From NCBI GenBank assembly GCA_035550335.1, contig DASZPK010000724.1:1-26225 (forward strand): DNA of 26,225 nucleotides, read 5' to 3'. Of this stretch, positions 16,290-23,249 are shown in pieces. This DNA is from Chthoniobacteraceae bacterium (GTDB taxonomy: Bacteria; Verrucomicrobiota; Verrucomicrobiia; Chthoniobacterales; Chthoniobacteraceae). How positions within the stretch are numbered: position 1 is the stretch's first letter; every line of letters starts with the position of its first letter. The position numbers and the translations under genes are program-made. The notes under the pieces were generated by a model. That model ran no database searches. It was given only the letters and a program-made list of their open reading frames with translations, and was not told the origin of the DNA.

Positions 16290-17900
16290 TTACGCCGGCA
16301 GCTTTTTCCGCCGCAACAAGCGTTGCATCATGAACGGAAAGAGCCAGAAGAGATTCATGAACCAAACGTACCGGATCACCACGCCGGCAATGCGGAAAAA
16401 GCGGTTATGAAAGACGAACGCGCGCGCGACCGCGTCGTTCGCGTGCGCGGCAAGGGCGGCTCCGCCCACGGCATACGACCGTGCCGCGGCGACGCCGCCC
16501 ACCGCCGCCTTCGCGCCAAGCGCACAACCGCCGAATGCAAACCAGCCCGCCGCCAATCCGCCAAACACCCATACTCCGAGCGCAAAGCCTCCCATGCTCG
16601 CCAAGCCCAATGCAAACCCGCCGAACGTCATCAACCCTGCGCCCACCCCGCCGAGGCTCACCGGCGCAATCGCGACCCCGCCAAACGCAAAGATGGCGCC
16701 AATGGCCACATCGCCCGCGGCAAACCATGCCACGACCGCCCTCCTACGCGCGACAGCCTCGCAACCGAATCGGATGTGGACCAGCGGAATTCCCAGCAAC
16801 TCGAGACGGCTTCGGTATTCGAAATGCGGGCCGGGATTTTGCTGGGCGCTTTCGCCACCGGCTGATGCCCGCGCCGCCCTCTTTCGGGCCATTTCCGCCC
16901 AGACGATCAGGGCCGCGACGGCGAACGCGTAGGTAATCATCACGCCGATCATCAACCGCGCATAGAGCACCGGGTCGTTCTTCTCCATCGGCTGCCCCAA
17001 AATCGCCAGCGACGACACAATCACCGCAAACGGGATCACAAGCATCGCCATGGCCCTGTAGAATTTCCGAATATAATCGCGGGACTCCGGCGATCGCGCC
17101 GATTCCATGCTGTACCGGTAGCTGGCATACGTGCCGAAGAACGCCAGCAGCGGCGCGAGCAGCGCCCCGGCCGCGCCCATCGATGCGACGGCCTTCGCCG
17201 ACGCGCTCCCCTTCGTCACCACCGCTCCCGCTGCGGCGGCTTTTGTCGAGACCACGAGCGCAGGCAGCGCCGCCAGCACCGCAATCGTGAACGCTCTGCC
17301 GGGCGCGCTCCTGGACAACGCGCTCTCCACGGTTTTCGCCACGCGCTCATTCAGCATCACCCGGCCACGCGAGAGGCGCTGGCGCACTGCTTCCTGGGAG
17401 AGTTCGAGCGCGGCCGCCACCTTTTCCACCGACTGGGCTTCGCGGTAATAAAGCACCATCGGCTCGCGGTAATCCGCCGGGATGGTCTCCAGCGCGCGCC
17501 ACATCAGCGCCTCCTCCTCATTGCTGACCGCCATCTCATGCGGATTCCCCCCCGGGGAACATGTCTCCGGCGGCAACTCATCCGCCCGCGCCGTCGGCAC
17601 CCGCTGCTGTGCGCGCTCGGAATTGTTCACCAGATTGCGCGCGATCCCGCACAGCCATGATTTCAGCTTTTCCGGCTCCTTGAGGTCGCCCAACTTCCGC
17701 CATGCCGCGATGAAGGTGTCCTGGGCCAGGTCCTCGCTCCGTCCAACATCCCCGCACGCGCTGTACGCGACGGCGCAGATGATGGATTGGTACCGCGAGA
17801 CAATCCGCTCAAACGCACGCCGGTCGCCCCGCAGGCAAAGCTCGACCAGGCGCGAGTCGCTCGCTGATTCATTTTCCAAAATGGTTTTCATATTCACCAT
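16290..17900 (-). CDS. ECF sigma factor fused to a C-terminal multi-TM, Gly-rich membrane domain
   Basis: Region 2: DRRAFERIVSRYQ...SEDLAQDTFIAAW...SWLCGIARN. Region 4: IPADYREPMVLYYRE...VAAALELSQEAVRQRLSRGR. Then TM helices and FEYRSRLELLGIPLVHIRFG followed by Gly/Ala-rich hydrophobic repeats. Start is 17900 or 17891. Confidence 0.9.
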   Translation of the reverse strand: MVNMKTILENESASDSRLVELCLRGDRRAFERIVSRYQSIICAVAYSACGDVGRSEDLAQDTFIAAWRKLGDLKEPEKLKSWLCGIARNLVNNSERAQQRVPTARADELPPETCSPGGNPHEMAVSNEEEALMWRALETIPADYREPMVLYYREAQSVEKVAAALELSQEAVRQRLSRGRVMLNERVAKTVESALSRSAPGRAFTIAVLAALPALVVSTKAAAAGAVVTKGSASAKAVASMGAAGALLAPLLAFFGTYASYRYSMESARSPESRDYIRKFYRAMAMLVIPFAVIVSSLAILGQPMEKNDPVLYARLMIGVMITYAFAVAALIVWAEMARKRAARASAGGESAQQNPGPHFEYRSRLELLGIPLVHIRFGCEAVARRRAVVAWFAAGDVAIGAIFAFGGVAIAPVSLGGVGAGLMTFGGFALGLASMGGFALGVWVFGGLAAGWFAFGGCALGAKAAVGGVAAARSYAVGGAALAAHANDAVARAFVFHNRFFRIAGVVIRYVWFMNLFWLFPFMMQRLLRRKKLPA

Positions 17901-17919
17901 TCCAGTGGTTGGCACTCAC

Positions 17920-17940
17920 GGAAGTGTGACAGAAAATTTC
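17920..17940 (-). promoter_or_regulatory. Candidate ECF autoregulatory -35 (TGTCACA)
   Basis: Minus strand GAAATTTTC-TGTCACA-CTTCC, about 25 nt upstream of the ECF start. Confidence 0.45.
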
Positions 17941-17989
17941 TTGCAACGGAATGTTCCTCGGCGGGATGCGCGCCCTCCAGCCGCGGGCG

Positions 17990-20900
17990 TTACGCGTTCG
18001 CGCCCGCCACGTCCTTCTCCGCCGCCGGCGCGGTCCTGCCCGCGAGCTTGGCGGCGGCGGACTTGATCCAGTCGGCGTCGGGCATGGCGTAGGGGCGGAA
18101 GGTTTCGAGGACGCCTTCGCGCTCGTTGAAGAAAATTGCGCGGTGCAGCCCGAGGGTGCTCGCCTTGGGCGAATCGATGAGGCTCGCGGAATCGTTCGCG
18201 CTCATCTGGAAGAGGACGCGCATTTCAAATTCGGTGAGGGCCTTGCGGTTGATGAACCGGTTTACATTGTTAAACGTGTCGACCGTGGCGATGATGTGGA
18301 TGCCGTGGCTGGCGCCCTCGGTCATCAGCTCGTTGAATTGCGCGGAGGCGCTGGGGCCCTCCTCGGAGCTGCTCGAGAAGCTGAAGTCGTCCTCGGCGCG
18401 GAGTTTTTTGTAGCGCTGGAGGTCGTGGATGAAGAGGAAGATGGCGGGAGCGCTGGCATCGGCTTCGCCGGTTTCACTGCGGGATTTCAACTCGGCGGCG
18501 AGGGTGTTGATCGCGGCGGCGATGTCCTGCCCGCGCGCGATGGTGACCTCGTGCGGGATGGCGGCGACCACGCTCTCCATGAAATTCGCCTCGGGCGAGC
18601 CGGGCGGCGCGGCGTGGAGCAGGACGAATTTTGCCGTGCCGGCGGGGTATTGCGCGGAGAGGGCGAGCATCGACATCCCCATCATGGTGAGCGCGGATTC
18701 CTCGCGCTGGCCGATGATGAGCATGTTGCTGCCGGACTGGCGCGCGAACGCGGCCTCGGTCGGGCCCTTGATGGAATTCGGCGCGCCGAGCCATGCCTTG
18801 CCGGAATAGGGCGCGGCGGCGGGCGGGGCGTCGAGCGCGGCGATGAGGAGTTCGTTGTCGGTGATGTTCGCGGGGGCGTTGCCTTCGAACACGATGGGGC
18901 CGGGATATTTGCGGTCGTGGTGCTGGCCGGCGATGACGGTTACTTTTTCGAGCCACTGGTCGCGCTCCTCGTCGGAGAGCCACACGACCTGGAACGGGCT
19001 GTTCCCCTCAATCGCGCCGGCGGAATCGTTGTAGATGCCTTCGCCGGGGCGCGAGAGGAGGCGCGGGGCGGAGTTGTTCTCATCCATGATGAGATAGGCG
19101 TCGGCCTCGTTGCATTGCAGCGCCACGCGGATGACCATCTGGCCGAGCGTGGCGCGGGCGAGCGAATACGCGCCGCCGAGCGTCTGCGAGCCGAGCAGCA
19201 CGTGGATGCCGAAGGCGCGGCCCTGGCGCACAATGCGGTCGAACAGGAGCGAGGCGGTCTGCGCGATGATGTCGTCCTCCACAAAAAATTCCTGGAACTC
19301 GTCGATGAGCAGCAGCGAGCGGGGCATCGGCTCCGTGCCGCCTTCGCGCTTGTAGCCGGCCACATCCTGCACGCCGAGCTTGCGGAAGAGGTCGCCGCGC
19401 CGGCGCAACTCGGCATCGACGCGCTGGAGGACGCTGAGCGCGAACTCGCGGTCGCTCTCGATGGCGACGACCTTCGCGTGCGGGAGATGCTTGGTGGCGT
19501 AGCACTTGAACTCAACGCCTTTTTTGAAGTCGATGAGGTAGAATTCCACCTCGTCGGGGCTGCACCAAAGGGCGAGGTTTGTGATAATAACGTGAAACAA
19601 CGTCGATTTGCCCGAACCGGTCTTGCCGGCGAAGAGGGCGTGCTGGCGCGTGCCTTTGCCGATGGCGAGATATTGGAACTTCGTCGCGCCGGTGCGGCCT
19701 ACGGCCACTTTCAGCTCGTTCGTGGTGGAGTTGGTCCACATCTCCTCGGGTTTCGGCGCGATCTGGAGGAACGGGACTTCGACGCGGTTCGAGTCGATGC
19801 TCGCCTTGCCGATCTTGTGGCTGAGCGTCACCGCCAGCTCGGGATCGGGCGGCGTGTCGAATGCGAGCGTGGCGCCCGGTTCGCCGGAGACGCGGGCGAG
19901 CGTGTAGTTGGGGCCGGTTTTGGAGAAGCAGATGCTGCTCTTGCGCAGCTCGGCGGGCACGAAACCATCGGGGAGCGGCTGGCGCTGGTCCCAATGAATG
20001 AGGGTGAAAATGCCGCACCTCGGGCCGCTGGCGGCGATGCTCTGGAGGCGCTTCGCGGCAATCTCGCTGAAATTCGCCGGGAAATCGGCCACGACTAGGA
20101 AATGATATTTCTCCGCCACGCTGCCGGCCTGCTCGTTGTATTCGGTGATCGTGGCGTATTCGTTGCGGAGATACATCTGGATCACTTTTTCGATGTGCTC
20201 GCTCAATTCGGCGAGGCGCTCCTCGATCTGGTCGCGCTGGGTCCAGATGCGGCGGTTGATGATGCTCTCCTCGTAATCGGAGAGGTGCATCAGGCCCGCG
20301 AAACTCTCGCCGAGGCCCACGGGATCAATGATGGTGAAGCTCAATTTCCCCGGCGGCGTGGTCGCGAGCAGCCGGAGGATGATGTTGTTTAAAATGCCGG
20401 TGACTTCGCCGCCTCCCGACTCGTTCGTCTCGAATAGCACGGAGCCCTGGTCGGGATAGGTGATCGCGAGCGGTAGGGAAATTTGCGCGGGGCCGGGCAA
20501 CGCGAGACGCGGGTCTTTCGGCAGGCCGCCGGGTTGCTTGGCGAGATCGACATCGAGGTGCGCGAATTTCGTTGCGGGCGTGAACTCGGTGGCGGGCTTC
20601 CATGTTTCCACAAGCTGCTGGTCCCATGCGGGGAACATCACCTTCGCGGAAGCGTTCATCTCGTCGAGCGCGGCGTAGAGCGGTGTGATCTCCTTTTTCC
20701 AATCGGCGGTGGCCTCGTCCCACTTCGTTTTTTCCTCGGCGGCGACGGCGGCGGCCTCGGTGTTGTAGGTGGCGGTGTATTGCTCCTTGAGCGCGAGCGC
20801 CTCGGTGGTGTAGCGGCCAAGCTTGCGCTCGCGGGAGGCCTTCAATTCGTCGAGCTTGCGCCCGAGGATCTGGTCGATCTTCGCCGTGATGCGCGGGGGC

Positions 20901-21913
20901 TGGACTTCCATTTTGCGGCGGATGCGCGTTTCGTATTCGCCCTCGATCTGGTTCGCACGGCCCCACTGCTGCTGCAATTCCGCGAGCGTGCGGTCGTGCT
21001 CGGCCTGGATGCGCGCGCGGTCCTGCTCGAGCGAGCCCGAGGCGCTCGCGACGGCGGCGGTGCCCGTGACCATGATCGCGCGAGCGGTGACGATGGAATT
21101 CGCCACCTGCGTGCCGACCGGTTTCGCTTTTTTCAACCCGGACGAATAAACCGCAAAGAGCCCCACCCACAACGCGAACGTGACCGCCCCGCCGATCGGA
21201 ATCCCGAGCGGCGAATGCTGCATGGCAAACCAGAGCCCCGCCCCGGGCAGGAGCGCGAGGAACAACAATACCGGCAACGGCATGCTGCGGAAAAACTTCG
21301 GGAGCGGGAATTCCTCGAACACCGCGAGGTGTTGCTCGGCCTCGCGGAAATGATTGGCAAGATCGTTGAAATGCTCGGGCGAGACCGCGGCCTTGCGGCG
21401 CAGCATGCGCTTGAGCGCGCCGTAGCCGGAGAGGGCCTTGCGCGCGCGCAGCTCGAGGTCCTTGAGCGTCTGCTTGTTCACGTCGAGCTTCGTCGTGAAA
21501 TTGGTGAACGACCCCTCGGCCTTCTCCATCTCGGTTTTCAATTTCCGCTCGGCGAGGAAATTTTTCATCTGGAGGTCGCCCATCCAGCGCTGCTTCACCT
21601 CCTTCGCTTTCATCGGGAGGTTGCGCAGGGAATTGGCGCGGAATTTTTCCACGCGCGCGCGCCGCGTCTCGTAGACGCCCTTCACGTGCTTGCGCGTGTT
21701 TTCATACGCCTCCTCCATCTGCGAGGTGTATTGCTGGAGGCCCGACTCCGTGTGGCGGATCGCATCCTGGCTCTTGCGCGTGGTGGAATAACGGCGCGCG
21801 CTGAGTTCCTGCCCGATCTGCTCCTCGCGCTTCACGAATTTCGCGACGGTCTGCTTGAGGTTCGCGAGGAGATCGAGGCTCCGGTTGAGTCGCAGATCGG
21901 CCCCCTTACTCAC
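17990..21913 (-). CDS. Membrane-anchored FtsK/SpoIIIE-family ATPase (EssC/EccC-like), 1307 aa
   Basis: N-terminal coiled coil, 2 TM helices, then another coiled coil. One intact ATPase domain with Walker A GKTGSGKS (19604-19627), YLIDFKKG, Walker B LLLIDEFQ and QGRAFGIH. It is flanked by two degenerate FtsK-like domains. GTG start overlaps the upstream stop by 8 bp. Confidence 0.92.
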   Translation of the reverse strand: MSKGADLRLNRSLDLLANLKQTVAKFVKREEQIGQELSARRYSTTRKSQDAIRHTESGLQQYTSQMEEAYENTRKHVKGVYETRRARVEKFRANSLRNLPMKAKEVKQRWMGDLQMKNFLAERKLKTEMEKAEGSFTNFTTKLDVNKQTLKDLELRARKALSGYGALKRMLRRKAAVSPEHFNDLANHFREAEQHLAVFEEFPLPKFFRSMPLPVLLFLALLPGAGLWFAMQHSPLGIPIGGAVTFALWVGLFAVYSSGLKKAKPVGTQVANSIVTARAIMVTGTAAVASASGSLEQDRARIQAEHDRTLAELQQQWGRANQIEGEYETRIRRKMEVQPPRITAKIDQILGRKLDELKASRERKLGRYTTEALALKEQYTATYNTEAAAVAAEEKTKWDEATADWKKEITPLYAALDEMNASAKVMFPAWDQQLVETWKPATEFTPATKFAHLDVDLAKQPGGLPKDPRLALPGPAQISLPLAITYPDQGSVLFETNESGGGEVTGILNNIILRLLATTPPGKLSFTIIDPVGLGESFAGLMHLSDYEESIINRRIWTQRDQIEERLAELSEHIEKVIQMYLRNEYATITEYNEQAGSVAEKYHFLVVADFPANFSEIAAKRLQSIAASGPRCGIFTLIHWDQRQPLPDGFVPAELRKSSICFSKTGPNYTLARVSGEPGATLAFDTPPDPELAVTLSHKIGKASIDSNRVEVPFLQIAPKPEEMWTNSTTNELKVAVGRTGATKFQYLAIGKGTRQHALFAGKTGSGKSTLFHVIITNLALWCSPDEVEFYLIDFKKGVEFKCYATKHLPHAKVVAIESDREFALSVLQRVDAELRRRGDLFRKLGVQDVAGYKREGGTEPMPRSLLLIDEFQEFFVEDDIIAQTASLLFDRIVRQGRAFGIHVLLGSQTLGGAYSLARATLGQMVIRVALQCNEADAYLIMDENNSAPRLLSRPGEGIYNDSAGAIEGNSPFQVVWLSDEERDQWLEKVTVIAGQHHDRKYPGPIVFEGNAPANITDNELLIAALDAPPAAAPYSGKAWLGAPNSIKGPTEAAFARQSGSNMLIIGQREESALTMMGMSMLALSAQYPAGTAKFVLLHAAPPGSPEANFMESVVAAIPHEVTIARGQDIAAAINTLAAELKSRSETGEADASAPAIFLFIHDLQRYKKLRAEDDFSFSSSSEEGPSASAQFNELMTEGASHGIHIIATVDTFNNVNRFINRKALTEFEMRVLFQMSANDSASLIDSPKASTLGLHRAIFFNEREGVLETFRPYAMPDADWIKSAAAKLAGRTAPAAEKDVAGANA

Positions 21914-22118
21914 AGTCGCTCCTCACTTTTTTCAAAAGGCCGTCGAGGTCCTGCATCACGCCCGCGGTGCGCGCGGCGTTCGCGGGGAGGTCCTCCAAAA
22001 ATTTGTGCGCGAACTCCCGGCTCTTGACGTCGTTCCAGAACGCCTTCACCTGGTCCCATTCGAACATGAGCTCCTTCACCGCCTGCTCCAAATTGCTTGC
22101 GCTTGCTTTTACACTCAT
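21906..22118 (-). CDS. Small WXG100-like protein (70 aa, W-N-D motif)
   Basis: C-terminal 70 aa of ORF 21906..22550, started at ATG 22118, which overlaps the upstream TGA (ATGA). LMFEWDQVKAFWNDVKSREFAHKF aligns without gaps to the WXG100 core of 22859..23131. Confidence 0.8.
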   Translation of the reverse strand: MSVKASASNLEQAVKELMFEWDQVKAFWNDVKSREFAHKFLEDLPANAARTAGVMQDLDGLLKKVRSDCE

Positions 22119-22705
22119 AAAGTTTCGTTTCCAGCCGGTTGCGATGCCGCTTCGGCGGTTTGGGCGGGTTGCCCCGCTTCGGGGGTTGTGGATGCCGGGA
22201 CGTCCGCGGGGAGCGCGGCATCTTCGGGGGGCGGGCCTTGCGTGTAGGCCGCGAGCGTGCGCTGCAGGGCCACGATATAGGCGATCGCGCGCGGCATGTC
22301 GTCGTCGAGGAAACTTTTCATCCCCTCCATGCGCTTGAGGATCGGGTCGGCGGCGCTGTCGAAATTCTGCGACCATTGTTTCACCAGGCGGAGTTTGCCC
22401 TGCGCCTCGCCGAGCGCGCGCTTCGCCCTTTCTAGCGCCTGGCGGCGGGTCATGAGGGCGGTCTCGTTGTTCTTCACGAGGCGGGCGCTCATGTAATCCT
22501 GCTGGAGCTGGTCGACCTTGCGGGAGATTTTGCGGATTTCGTTTTCCCAATGCACCACGCGGTCATGCTGGAGCCACATGCGGGTCGTGCGCGCCTCGTC
22601 GTTGGCATCGGCCACCGAGCGGCGGGCCTTGGTGAGAAAAATCACCAGCGCCGCCCGGATCATGTCGAGCGCGTCGAGGGAAGTAACTTTGGCCTGGTTG
22701 CCCAT
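22115..22705 (-). CDS. Helical coiled-coil protein, probable extended WXG100-like paralogue (196 aa)
   Basis: Amphipathic helices throughout. N- and C-terminal hydrophobic spacing matches the 90-aa WXG100 protein. Low-complexity Pro/Ala tail. Confidence 0.82.
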   Translation of the reverse strand: MGNQAKVTSLDALDMIRAALVIFLTKARRSVADANDEARTTRMWLQHDRVVHWENEIRKISRKVDQLQQDYMSARLVKNNETALMTRRQALERAKRALGEAQGKLRLVKQWSQNFDSAADPILKRMEGMKSFLDDDMPRAIAYIVALQRTLAAYTQGPPPEDAALPADVPASTTPEAGQPAQTAEAASQPAGNETL

Positions 22706-22730
22706 TTGGTGTTAGCGAGGGGTCGGGATT

Positions 22731-22825
22731 TTAAACACAGAGATACGGAGGAGACAGAGAGACACGGAGAAATATTTCGAGTTTCCCTCTGTGAATCTCT
22801 GTCTCCTCCGTATCTCTGTGTTTAA
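22731..22825. repeat. Perfect 30-bp inverted repeat (95-bp hairpin, TTAA at both ends)
   Basis: TTAAACACAGAGATACGGAGGAGACAGAGA (22731-22760) and TCTCTGTCTCCTCCGTATCTCTGTGTTTAA (22796-22825). Confidence 0.92.
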
Positions 22826-22858
22826 GTAAAGAGCCCGCATCGCGATGTGTGATGTCGT

Positions 22859-23131
22859 TTAACGCTGCTCCAGGTATTGCTCGATGCGCTGCGCTTTGCG
22901 GAGCAGGTAGGGCGTCTGCTTTTCGGAGATCTCGACGAATTTTTTGAGCACCTTCATCGTGGTGATGAACTCCTCGCCGAATTTCGCGCTGTCCTGGTCC
23001 TGCCACGTCGCGCCGAGGGCGGCGAACCGCGCCTGGAGCGAGGCCGCCTTGGCCTGCACGTCCTCGTTGAAGCGTTTCAATTCCGAGGCAAACTTGCGGA
23101 CCTCCTCGGGGTCCATGATCGCTTGAGCCAT
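22859..23131 (-). CDS. WXG100/ESAT-6-like protein (90 aa, W-Q-D variant)
   Basis: About 90 aa helix-turn-helix. N-terminal IMDPEEVRKFASELKRF, central LGATWQDQDSAKF, C-terminal YLLRKAQRIEQYL. Next to an FtsK ATPase. Confidence 0.88.
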   Translation of the reverse strand: MAQAIMDPEEVRKFASELKRFNEDVQAKAASLQARFAALGATWQDQDSAKFGEEFITTMKVLKKFVEISEKQTPYLLRKAQRIEQYLEQR

Positions 23132-23213
23132 ATTGTATTGTCTGGGGTTGGTTTGGGGGATTGCGGGTGAAAAAGCTCACCCGGCGGGCACGTTTTCGCC
23201 CCGCCTCTGTGGC

Positions 23214-23241
23214 AATTTACAGGGATTGAGTGACAATTCAA
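23214..23241 (-). promoter_or_regulatory. Candidate sigma70 promoter for the WXG100 operon
   Basis: Minus strand TTGAAT (23241-23236), 16 nt, TAAATT (23219-23214). A 7-bp hairpin CGGGTGA/TCACCCG lies in the leader at about 23164-23183. Confidence 0.45.
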
Positions 23242-23249
23242 GCGCCCCG

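Noticed and set aside
17990-21913. Chromosome-segregation FtsK (cell division)
   Set aside because: No N-terminal 4-TM FtsK domain or gamma domain is recognisable. It has three ATPase-like domains and WXG100 neighbours.
22119-22550. N-terminal 144 aa of ORF 21906..22550
   Set aside because: Overlaps the 196-aa gene in another frame. The real gene starts at the coupled ATG at 22118.
22731-23180. 149-aa minus-strand ORF spanning the WXG100 gene and the hairpin
   Set aside because: Alternative frame. Its HRDTEETE-type tail is just a translation of the repeat.
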